DNA of 64,000 nucleotides from Tepidisphaera sp. (GTDB lineage Bacteria; Planctomycetota; Phycisphaerae; Phycisphaerales; UBA1924): NCBI GenBank assembly GCA_050916045.1, contig CP051526.1, positions 3,168,001 to 3,232,000 of the forward strand, read 5' to 3'. Shown piece by piece: positions 8,855 to 17,102 of this stretch (position 1 is its first letter; each line of letters starts with the position of its first letter). The notes under the pieces were generated by a model. It saw only the letters and a program-made list of their open reading frames with translations, ran no database searches and was not told where the DNA came from. The position numbers and the translations under genes were made by a program.

Positions 8855-8942
8855 TCACCACAGAGACGCCGAGGCACAGAGAGAGACACGACAGAGCATG
8901 GCCCGTTCCGCTTTCCTCAGTGTCTCTGTGACTCTGTGGTGA
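8855..8942. repeat. Palindromic intergenic repeat TCACCACAGAG...CTCTGTGGTGA
   Basis: Imperfect inverted arms of about 27 bp (CACAGAG units) filling the accB-accC spacer. Confidence 0.75.
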
Positions 8943-8948
8943 ACTGAA

Positions 8949-9419
8949 TCAGGGCCTGACGAGGAAGAGCTTTTGACCGAACTCGACGGCTTCGCCGTTC
9001 TTGACGAGGATGCGTTCGATCTTGCCGGCTTTGCCGGACTTGATCTCGTTGAAGACCTTCATGGCTTCGACCATGCAGACGACGGTGTCGTTGGTGACGG
9101 CGGAGCCGACCTTGACGAAGGCGCCGGCGTCGGGATTGGGAGCGGCGTAGAAGGTGCCGACCATGGGGCTTTCGATGGCGATGAGGCCGGCGTCGTCGTT
9201 GGCGGCGGCGGGCGCGGGGGCTCCACCAGCGGCCGGAGCGGCGGCGGGGGCGGCGGCCATCGCCGGAGCCGCGTGCATCACCGGAGCCGGGGCGTAGGTC
9301 ACGCCTTGGGGGCCGCGGCGGATGGTCACTTTTTCGTTGGCGTCGCGAAGATCAAGCTCGGAAAGGTCGTTGTCGACCATCAGCCGAACGAGTTCCTTGA
9401 GCATGGAAGCGTCAATCAT
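8949..9419 (-). CDS. accB: Acetyl-CoA carboxylase biotin carboxyl carrier protein
   Basis: SPMVGTFY, EAMKVFNEI biotinylation motif, Ala/Pro linker. Start ATG 9419. Confidence 0.96.
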   Translation of the reverse strand: MIDASMLKELVRLMVDNDLSELDLRDANEKVTIRRGPQGVTYAPAPVMHAAPAMAAAPAAAPAAGGAPAPAAANDDAGLIAIESPMVGTFYAAPNPDAGAFVKVGSAVTNDTVVCMVEAMKVFNEIKSGKAGKIERILVKNGEAVEFGQKLFLVRP

Positions 9420-9603
9420 GGAGGGACATCCCAAGAGAGAGGTCAAGAGGCAGAAACAACCCGGGAGGCCGGGCCGCGCCCGCGGACACGGGCGGCGTCA
9501 CCGAGACAGTCAGGTGACCGGTCGGCATTCTACCCACACCCGCCGACCAACGTCCCGAAAGCGAGAGGTCGACCGACCATGGACCGAACGGATCTGAATG
9601 GCG

Positions 9604-10707
9604 TCAGTCGAGGGTCGCCCATTCGAGCGTTTTGGGGAGGGAGGAGAGCTTGCGGGAGCCTGTCGCGGTCACGACATAGTCGTCTTCGAGGCGGATGCCA
9701 CCGATGCCGGGGAGGTAGATGCCGGGCTCGATGGTGACGACGTTGCCTTCCTGGAGGGTGGTGCCTTTGAGCATGTGGCTGAGGCGGGGGTCTTCGTGGG
9801 TGTCGAGGCCGATGCCGTGGCCGAGGCCGTGGCCGAAGTGGTCGCCGTAGCCGGCTTTGGTGATGATGTCGCGGGCGACCTTGTCGATGGCGGAGGAGGA
9901 CTTGCCGGCGGCGAGGGCGGAAGCGGCGGCTTCGTGGGCTTCGAGGACGATGGGGTAGATCTCGGCGAGCTTTTTGGGCCATTTGCCGAGGGCGAAGGTG
10001 CGGGTGAGGTCGCCGCGGTAGCCTTTGAACTGGGCGCCCCAGTCGATGAGGAGGCCTTGGTTTGCGGCGATCTTGGTGGAGGAGGGGCGGTAGTGCGGGA
10101 GGCTGCCGTTGGCTTTGGCGGCGATGATGGTGCCGAAGGAGAAGCCGGTGGCGCCCTTGTCCTTCATGGCGGCTTCGAGGCGGGACGCGAGGGCGGATTC
10201 GGTTTCGCCGGGCTTGATGGTGGGGATGATCTCGAGGAGGGCTTGTTCCTGGATCTTGATGGCTTTGGAGATGAGGGAGATTTCGTGCTCATCCTTGATG
10301 CGGCGCATGGACATGACGACGCCGGTGGTGGATGTGAGGACGCCTTTCTCGGTGCGTTTGGCGATGGCGTCGCGGTCGGCGACGGTCATGTACTCGGCTT
10401 GGATGCCGACCTTTTTGGCTTTGGCGGCGGCGAGGAGGTCGCCGACGGCTTCGACCATGGACGCGGTGCGGATGACGATCTCGGCGAGGGGCTTGAAGTG
10501 GGCGAGTTCCTCCTGGTAGCGGAAGTCGCTGATGATGACGGGCTTGGGGCCGCCGACGAGGAGGTAGGAATCACCGCCGGTGTAGCCGGAGAGGTAGCCG
10601 ACATCGACGGGGCTGGTGATGAGGAAGTGCGAGAGCTCTTTGTCGTGGAGGAACGAAGCGAGCTTGGCGAGGCGAGATTTGAACGGCGTGAAGTCGGGGG
10701 TGGTCAT
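9604..10707 (-). CDS. Xaa-Pro aminopeptidase (M24 family)
   Basis: YLSGYTG, DFRY, LPHY, DWGA..GYRGDLTRT, HGLGHGIGLDTHE, TIEPGIY, RLEDD. Confidence 0.94.
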   Translation of the reverse strand: MTTPDFTPFKSRLAKLASFLHDKELSHFLITSPVDVGYLSGYTGGDSYLLVGGPKPVIISDFRYQEELAHFKPLAEIVIRTASMVEAVGDLLAAAKAKKVGIQAEYMTVADRDAIAKRTEKGVLTSTTGVVMSMRRIKDEHEISLISKAIKIQEQALLEIIPTIKPGETESALASRLEAAMKDKGATGFSFGTIIAAKANGSLPHYRPSSTKIAANQGLLIDWGAQFKGYRGDLTRTFALGKWPKKLAEIYPIVLEAHEAAASALAAGKSSSAIDKVARDIITKAGYGDHFGHGLGHGIGLDTHEDPRLSHMLKGTTLQEGNVVTIEPGIYLPGIGGIRLEDDYVVTATGSRKLSSLPKTLEWATLD

Positions 10708-10835
10708 GGGGGTCGATGGTATCCCCGGCTTCGCAGCCGCCATCCCTTGAGAGACGCGGTGCGACGATGTGCTGATGCGAAGGGGCTTCGCCTTCCCGGA
10801 TTCAGACGTGCGAGTTCGAACGTGCAGGGTTCACC

Positions 10836-10983
10836 GGCACCGATCGCCGGAGGAACCGGCGATCGGTGCCAATGCCCTCGGCACGCCGGATTGGTTGATG
10901 GAGACACGACCTGACATCCGACGCGCTCACGAACTCGGCAATCCATCCACGATGCGCCGAAGCGGCGGATCGTGGCACACCCG
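10836..10983. repeat. Hairpins/REP-like elements downstream of the accessory operon
   Basis: Perfect 15-bp stem GGCACCGATCGCCGG-AGGAA-CCGGCGATCGGTGCC (10836-10870) and CCACGAT...ATCGTGGCAC (10947-10983). Confidence 0.7.
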
Positions 10984-11034
10984 TCCTCCGCCACCAGCCA
11001 CAATCCCTGGTGCGGCCTGATGGTCACCAAGAAC

Positions 11035-11622
11035 CTAGTGGAGGAAGATTCTATCGTCCGCCGGTGAAGCCCCCGAGTTCGGAATGCGATCAGTTCCACC
11101 GTCCTCGTAGGGTTGAGGCGCGCGAATCCGAACTGTTTCGTTGGTTCCAGTGGCTTCTATAAGGCGTTCGACGAAATCGAGTTCCGATTCGCCCCGCGGC
11201 CAAGGGCCGTGAAACACTCCTGGCGGGCGAGGCGGCTTGTCCATGCCCTCTGCAAACTCTGTCGGCTCTAGAAACGCCGCGATCGCCTGTGAGCGGACGA
11301 ACGCCCTGCCGCCGGTGATCAAAAGATAATCCAACCATTCGTAGGCGTCATTCACTGAGTCGTACGCATCCTTTGCACGAATGATGACTTCAAGAGCACT
11401 GCTTTTTGAAGGACGTCCGACCGCGTTGGCGCCACCTTCCAGGATCGCCGGCCGACCTGAAGTCTCACGTGTCAGCGTGCATGTCCACTTAGCCTCCACG
11501 GAAGCCACACCTCTGATGCGAAGCCCGTCGACCGCGCCCGTCGTCCGTGCGAACTCCGCGGGATTGATCGTGCCACGTCGATCCAGCGTCCCCCCGCCCG
11601 TCGAGTAAGCGGGATCTTTCAC
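11035..11622 (-). CDS. Hypothetical protein, 195 aa
   Basis: GTG start overlaps the stop of the upstream gene (GTGA). No recognised domain. Confidence 0.55.
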   Translation of the reverse strand: MKDPAYSTGGGTLDRRGTINPAEFARTTGAVDGLRIRGVASVEAKWTCTLTRETSGRPAILEGGANAVGRPSKSSALEVIIRAKDAYDSVNDAYEWLDYLLITGGRAFVRSQAIAAFLEPTEFAEGMDKPPRPPGVFHGPWPRGESELDFVERLIEATGTNETVRIRAPQPYEDGGTDRIPNSGASPADDRIFLH

Positions 11623-12905
11623 GGCTGCGCTCCCTTCTGCACGCCGACACAGTGCAACTCAACGAGTACATCGTCTACGTTCGACAATCTCTCGTCGTCG
11701 CTCGCAGGCTTCTGCATGCTGATGGTCCATCGGGAACGCCGGTGTTCCTGACTTTGACCCAGCGGGCTTGCGTTGAGGAGCGATATCTGCCCACATACTT
11801 CGGGTGGACGGGACGAGCGAACGTTCTCGACGCGGCCGCACATGCATCGGAATGGTTCGCCCGCGTTTGCGGGGACAAGCCGGTCACCTCTCGAATACAC
11901 CGCATCGCTCGGAAGCTGCAACTTCGCCGCCCAGGGCACCTTGCCCGCCGTACCCAAGAGGTGCGCGGACACTCCTCGCAGTCGTACGTTGTCGTGGTCT
12001 TTGAACAGGCCGTGATCGACCCAGAACGAGATCCCCCCATCACTCACGATGTCCTTCCAGGCATCGGATTTCATGGCCGAACGGACCGAAACCACTCTCG
12101 TGAATGCCTGGTCGCGCTGGCCGTACGCGACGATCCACTCCATCGCCTGACGCGACCAAAGCAGCAGCTTTCCGATATCATCAGCCTCGACCACGCCTTC
12201 GCGCAGTTGGAGCAGCGACACTTCCGAGTTCGAGGCTCCGTAGATTTCCCGAAGCCCGCGCTCGGCGATGAACGCGCGGTTCGCCGCGTCCTTGAAGTCA
12301 GCGGAGAGCAACGCGAGCAATACATCGATCTTCGGTTGCAGGTCGCATGCACCGCCCGCCTCGAGCGCTCCCGACCTTGCATCCACGGACTGCCGGCGTG
12401 CTCGCAGCACCTCTCGCAGATGCGCCGCATCCTCCACCGCCCAGGACCGACGCAACTCCGTGAGATCTCTCCTTGCGTTGCGTTCGGCATCGTCCACGCG
12501 CTTCTCCGAGAGGTTCTGTCCCGTCGCGGCGTTGCTGTGGTTCGCATTCCAAAGGGTGTTCGCGTGCATCAGCACACCGCCCCAGGAATGCTGTCCGTCC
12601 GCGATACCCTGAAGAGTTCTTTCGTGCGCACGCACCTCTCGGTCGGGCGCTTCCCGCCGCGCTTCATCGAGCTCGAGCAACCGCTGGTCAAGATCCAACT
12701 GATTGCGAAACGCGAAGTCCGTCCGTCTCAATGACTCCAGCTCCGTTATCGTCGCCCAGCATCGATCCGCGAGATCGGCGATCTGATTCAGAAGCGGTTC
12801 GACATGGTTCGGTCGAAAGTCCGCGATCGCTCTCTGCGGGTCGAGACGGAACTCGGCCAATCGGAAAGTCAGCGGACGAGTTTGCATCGCGAATCGTCTG
12901 GTCAT
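11619..12905 (-). CDS. Hypothetical protein: coiled-coil N-terminus plus beta-rich C-terminal domain resembling Tc-toxin TcA C-terminal-like domains
   Basis: GGAG/GAGG upstream of ATG 12905. NVRLRGVS, NASPLG..RWTISM and LSNVDDVLVELH patterns. Resemblance judged by eye. Confidence 0.6.
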   Translation of the reverse strand: MTRRFAMQTRPLTFRLAEFRLDPQRAIADFRPNHVEPLLNQIADLADRCWATITELESLRRTDFAFRNQLDLDQRLLELDEARREAPDREVRAHERTLQGIADGQHSWGGVLMHANTLWNANHSNAATGQNLSEKRVDDAERNARRDLTELRRSWAVEDAAHLREVLRARRQSVDARSGALEAGGACDLQPKIDVLLALLSADFKDAANRAFIAERGLREIYGASNSEVSLLQLREGVVEADDIGKLLLWSRQAMEWIVAYGQRDQAFTRVVSVRSAMKSDAWKDIVSDGGISFWVDHGLFKDHDNVRLRGVSAHLLGTAGKVPWAAKLQLPSDAVYSRGDRLVPANAGEPFRCMCGRVENVRSSRPPEVCGQISLLNASPLGQSQEHRRSRWTISMQKPASDDERLSNVDDVLVELHCVGVQKGAQP

Positions 12906-13243
12906 CCTCGATCTCCATGTATAGACGTGACGCACGAGACCACGACGCGGGCGGGTCCGAATCGTGCATTCTTGCAGCGCGAACGTCGGGTTCCGGGTTC
13001 AACGATTCCTACCGTGGGATGCGCATTACTACGGGGAAGGTTCGGATCCTCTTGACAGAGCTGACTTTGTACCAAGGCGAGTGATGCGACTGTGTTCGTG
13101 GTCGGGCTTGGAGGACTCAAGTCGGGCATGGCTCCTCAGCATAATCGAGCCGAGGGTGTCGGCGGGGGCACGACTGTCGTTTCGGTTCGTGTGTTGAAGG
13201 GCTCCGTTGGGGCATGGAACCGCAGCGAAACCGGCGGATGGCA

Positions 13244-13315
13244 CGACTGCCTTTCTCTTCTCGGGGTTGGTGGTGCTCCTTCTTCACGTGGAACCCAGTA
13301 TAACCGATGGCGGGG
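13244..13315 (-). repeat. 72-bp direct repeat, copy 1 (contains TATACT -10-like box on minus strand)
   Basis: Matches 13662-13732 with 4 substitutions and 1 indel. Confidence 0.9.
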
Positions 13316-13439
13316 GTGCCACGATCCGCCCTTGATCGAGCAAAGACCAACTCCGATCAACAAGCCACACACACACCACAGGACGTCGGTCGTGCCACCC
13401 GCCCTCCTTAAACACATACCGTTGTTCAGGAATGTACTG

Positions 13440-13616
13440 CTATACCACCCACCCAACGAGTCGAATGATGGCGAAGGTCAGAATGCCTAGCACAAATGAC
13501 GTTGCAGTATTTGAAGAGGGCATAAACACTGAGTACGACACGCAGACGATCACTGCGGAAACAGCAGCAATGGTGTTGACCGAAGTCTCCAGCATCGCCC
13601 TTAGCAAGTTCTTCAT
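13440..13616 (-). CDS. Small 2-TM membrane protein, 58 aa
   Basis: GGAG SD, ATG 13616, MKNLLRAMLETSVNTIAAVSAVIVCVSYSVFMPSSNTATSFVLGILTFAIIRLVGWVV. Lower GC than flanks. Confidence 0.5.
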   Translation of the reverse strand: MKNLLRAMLETSVNTIAAVSAVIVCVSYSVFMPSSNTATSFVLGILTFAIIRLVGWVV

Positions 13617-13661
13617 GATTGCTCCAGATCGTCTCTGCAAGTACAGAGAGGGCGGGTGCCG

Positions 13662-13732
13662 CGACTGCTTTCTCTTCTCGGGGTTGGAGGTGCTTGTTCT
13701 TCACGTGGAACCCAGTGTAACCGATGGCGGGG
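13662..13732 (-). repeat. 71-bp direct repeat, copy 2 (TACACT -10-like box on minus strand)
   Basis: Matches 13244-13315. Confidence 0.9.
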
Positions 13733-13827
13733 AGCAAACGCCGCTTACCCCCAAGACAACGCGAGTCGTGGTACCCGCCGAGTTGTCAACGCTGATCGTT
13801 CGGGACGAGAAAGGCGCAGGTTCAGAT

Positions 13828-14133
13828 CCGACCCCCGCGGGGTCGGGTTGCAGGGGGGCGAGTCTACCGGGGGCGTTGCCCCCGGCTACTTCATTCCAGC
13901 CCGGCGGGCTGGAAGGCGAGCGGGACACGTGGGGGCCGGGTGCCACGAGCATCCGGTCCTTCGGATGGTCGTGGTTGGACTCGCGTCGGGGATTGAGGAT
14001 CCGATCCGCGGGGGATGGCCATCCACGACCATCCCGAAGCGGGATGATCGTGGAACTTGGCCGTACCGCGGCCCGAGGCCAAGAGGTTGCCAGCGAAGAG
14101 CATGCTTCTCCAAAGCGAGAAGCATGCCACCCC
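13828..14133. repeat. Cluster of REP-like hairpins
   Basis: Stems at 13828-13846, 13867-13889, 13894-13914, 13938-13974, 14023-14056 and 14100-14133. Several carry GGGTGCCAC/GCCACCC feet. Confidence 0.7.
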
Positions 14134-14299
14134 GACTTCTCCAAGAAACAGGCCACCGAGCGATGGTCGCAAGGGGGGCCGGGGTTCGCGGGGTGGGGGA
14201 TGCAACCGGGATGGGTGTGAGCCGGAAGATGATGCGGCGGTTGGTCGTCGCGGAAGCGGCGTGCGGCTTGCGATCGATCCCCGATACGTTTCTTTCTTG

Positions 14300-15901
14300 A
14301 TGCCTGCTGAGACCGAGTCATCCCGGCCACCGATCGCGAGCGCTGCGGCGCTTGTGGTGTTGACCGCGGCGGTGCTGGGGTTGCCGCTTGTTGGGCTGGT
14401 TGCCGACTCGCTGAGCGCTCGGAGCGGGAAGGACTCGGCGTGGTGGTGGCTTTCTTCGGCGACGCTGGCTCGCACGCTGGGGTGGTCGGTTTTGATCGGC
14501 GGGCTGGCGGCGGGGCTGGGGCTGCCGCTGGCGTGGGCGTGTCGGAACACGAGGACGGTGTGGCTGGTTCTGCTTTTGGCGCCGGCGGCGTTTCCGAGCT
14601 TTCTGGCGTATTCGGGGTGGGGGATGCTTCGGGCGCCGCTTTCGGCGACGGGGGATTTCATCGGTTTTTTGCGGGATCACGGGGTGGGGAACGGGGGGTG
14701 GGAGTGGCTGCCGGGCGCGGTGGATACGGGGCTTGCGGTGGCGGGGCTTGCGTTCTGGGCAGCGCCGCTTGCGGCGATGGCGATGCTGCCGGGGATCCGC
14801 GCGGTGACGGACGACACCTTGGATGCGAGCCGGCTGGAGTGCTCGGGTGTGCCTCGGGCGCGGTTTGTGGTGCGAGCGCTGGCGGGGCCGATCGGGTTTG
14901 GGGTGATGGCGGTGGCGGCGATCATGCTCGGGTCGGCGGTGCCGCTTCATCTGGCGCGGGTGGAGACGGCTTCGATTCTGCTTTGGTCGCAGCTGGATTT
15001 GACGCCTCCGGACCGGCACTGGCGGGTGTGGGTGGCGGCGTGGCCGCTGGTGGTGGCGGCGGGGCTGCTTGCGCGGGGGGTGTCGGGGCTTGGGGCGCGA
15101 TCGTCGGCGGGTGATCTGGCGGAGGCGCGGTTTCGGCGGACGCCCTGGGTGGTCGGAGCGGCGGCGCTGGTGGTTGCGGCGATGGGGACGCTGGTGCCGA
15201 TGGGGTTTTTCGCGTTCAACCTGAGGTCGTTGGGCTCGGTGGGGCGGTACTTGCGCGACCACGACTCGGCGGTTTCGGCGACGGTGTTGCTGGCGGTGTG
15301 TTCGGCGGGGGTGGGAACGGTTCTCGCGCTTTCGGCGTGGCATGCGGCGAGCAACGGCCGCGGGGCGCTGGTTCGTCGGGTGGCGGTGTTCTGGACGTTC
15401 TGGGGGCTTTTGCCGGGGGTGATGGTGGGCTCGGCGGTGGCCCGGGGGTTCATCCGGCTGGATTTGTGGGTTCTGGAGCGGCTTGGGATGTCGGCGGGGG
15501 ACACGGTGGTTCCGATTCTGGCGGGTCAGGCCGCTCGGTTCGGGTTCATCCCGGTGTGGATGGGGCTTTGGCTTGCGGTTTCGGAGCCGGCGGAGGTCCG
15601 GGACCAGCGTCGGCTGGATGGGGCGGAAGCGGTTCAACCGTGGTTTGCGGCGGCGGGACGGGGGTCGGTGGGCGCGGTGGTCGCGGTTGCGGCGGGGATG
15701 TTCGCGCTCAGCCTGCATGAAATCGAGTCCGCGGTGCTGACGCTTTGGCCGGGGGGGAGCCTGCTTTCGCGGATCATTCTGAACGACCTTCACTTCTTCC
15801 GGACGCAGGAGCTTGCGGCTGGGGTGGTGCTTTTGGCGGGGATGTTCGTGCCTGCGGCGGTGATTGCGGTGGTTTTCGCGCGTCGTCGGGGTGTGGGCTG
15901 A
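14300..15901 (+). CDS. ABC transporter permease-like membrane protein (FbpB/ThiP-like, two-repeat)
   Basis: Many TM helices, two degenerate EAA loops (LDASRLEC, RDQRRLDGA), FALSLHEIESA. Start uncertain (TTG 14297 or ATG 14300). Confidence 0.7.
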   Translation: MPAETESSRPPIASAAALVVLTAAVLGLPLVGLVADSLSARSGKDSAWWWLSSATLARTLGWSVLIGGLAAGLGLPLAWACRNTRTVWLVLLLAPAAFPSFLAYSGWGMLRAPLSATGDFIGFLRDHGVGNGGWEWLPGAVDTGLAVAGLAFWAAPLAAMAMLPGIRAVTDDTLDASRLECSGVPRARFVVRALAGPIGFGVMAVAAIMLGSAVPLHLARVETASILLWSQLDLTPPDRHWRVWVAAWPLVVAAGLLARGVSGLGARSSAGDLAEARFRRTPWVVGAAALVVAAMGTLVPMGFFAFNLRSLGSVGRYLRDHDSAVSATVLLAVCSAGVGTVLALSAWHAASNGRGALVRRVAVFWTFWGLLPGVMVGSAVARGFIRLDLWVLERLGMSAGDTVVPILAGQAARFGFIPVWMGLWLAVSEPAEVRDQRRLDGAEAVQPWFAAAGRGSVGAVVAVAAGMFALSLHEIESAVLTLWPGGSLLSRIILNDLHFFRTQELAAGVVLLAGMFVPAAVIAVVFARRRGVG

Positions 15902-15998
15902 GGCCGTGAGGATGCGCGGCGGTGGCGGAAGGGCGTGGACCCTGAACGAGAGGGGTCGTGCCGCATCCCCCACCCCCGATTGCCAGTATCATCCCCCG

Positions 15999-17102
15999 GT
16001 GATGCCCATCGTCGTGAGGACCAATTCGGCTCTGCTCCTGCTCGCGCTCGCGTGCGCCGGGGCGGGGTGCGAAAAGTCCGAGCCTGGGGCACCGACGCTC
16101 ACGAAGGTCTCGTCGCTTGGCGAGGTGGGGACGTCTCCGGGGCAGTTCGCGTTCCCGCGGGCGCTGGACACGGATGGCAGCTCGCTTTGGGTGATCGACA
16201 AGGCGGGGCGGGTGCAGCGGTTTGACCTCAAGACGGGCAAGTGCGTCGAGTATTGGGGGATGCCGAAGACGGAGTTCGGCAAGCCGACGGGCGTGACGGC
16301 GTTTGCCGGTGACCCGCCGCTTTTGTTCATTCCCGACACGCACTACCAGCGTGTGATGGTGTTCGCGGTGGAGCCGCTGCCGGAGAAGCCCGTCGAGGGG
16401 ACGAGGATGCGTGAGGCGCCGGCGCCGCTCACGATGTTCGGCAAGCGGGGCAAGGGGCCGGGCGAGTTCATTTATCCGACGGACATCGCGATCCTTCCGA
16501 CCGAGGATGGGAAGAAGCCGGCGCGGCTTTACATCGCGGAATACGGGGACAACGACCGGGTGTCGATCTACGAGCCGGACGGGGCGGGCGGGTACGTGTT
16601 CAAGTCCTCGTTCGGGACGTGGGGTTCGAGCGAGGACAATCCGGGGGACCCGACCGCGGTGGTGTTCAACCGGCCGCAGTCGATCTCGCTGGATCTGACG
16701 CGACGCGAGCTGATCGTGGCGGATGCGGGGAATCATCGGCTGGGGCGGTTCACGCTGGATGGAACGCTGATCAAGTGGGTGGGAGCGCGGACGCCGAAGG
16801 ATGAGAGCCCGGTGCATTATCCGTGGGCGCTGCAGGCGTTGGGCGACGGGACGGCGATCGTGGTGGAGCAGGTGGCGGCGCGGCTTCAGCGGATCGATCT
16901 GACGACGGGGGAGAGCATGGGGATTTTCGGCGGTCCGGGTCCGAAGCTGGGGCAGTTCGCGACGCCGTGGGCGATCGCGGTGACGGGGAGTCGGATGTAC
17001 ATCGCCGACGGCGGGAACAACCGGGTGGTGGTTTCCGAGCTGCCTCCGATCATTCATCACACGGTCGCGCATGCGGGCGGCAAAGCGGGAGAGACGCGAT
17101 GA
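15999..17102 (+). CDS. NHL-repeat beta-propeller lipoprotein
   Basis: Lipobox-like AGAGC; GQFAFPRAL, GEFIYPTDIA, FNRPQSI, GQFATPWAIA, ADGGNNRV repeats. Confidence 0.85.
   Translation: MMPIVVRTNSALLLLALACAGAGCEKSEPGAPTLTKVSSLGEVGTSPGQFAFPRALDTDGSSLWVIDKAGRVQRFDLKTGKCVEYWGMPKTEFGKPTGVTAFAGDPPLLFIPDTHYQRVMVFAVEPLPEKPVEGTRMREAPAPLTMFGKRGKGPGEFIYPTDIAILPTEDGKKPARLYIAEYGDNDRVSIYEPDGAGGYVFKSSFGTWGSSEDNPGDPTAVVFNRPQSISLDLTRRELIVADAGNHRLGRFTLDGTLIKWVGARTPKDESPVHYPWALQALGDGTAIVVEQVAARLQRIDLTTGESMGIFGGPGPKLGQFATPWAIAVTGSRMYIADGGNNRVVVSELPPIIHHTVAHAGGKAGETR

Noticed and set aside
12902..13244. Short ORFs 12902..13129 and 13029..13244 upstream of the TcA-like gene
   Set aside because: One has an SD, but neither has recognisable features and they overlap repeat feet; not supportable as genes from sequence alone.
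13280..13295. parS-like sequence TTCTTCACGTGGAACC inside both 72-bp repeats
   Set aside because: Three mismatches to the TGTTTCACGTGGAACA-type consensus, only one good half-site, and no parAB in the window.
13244..13732. CRISPR array or integron attC sites
   Set aside because: Only two long repeats about 420 bp apart, no cas or integrase gene, and no RYYYAAC...GTTRRRY boundaries.
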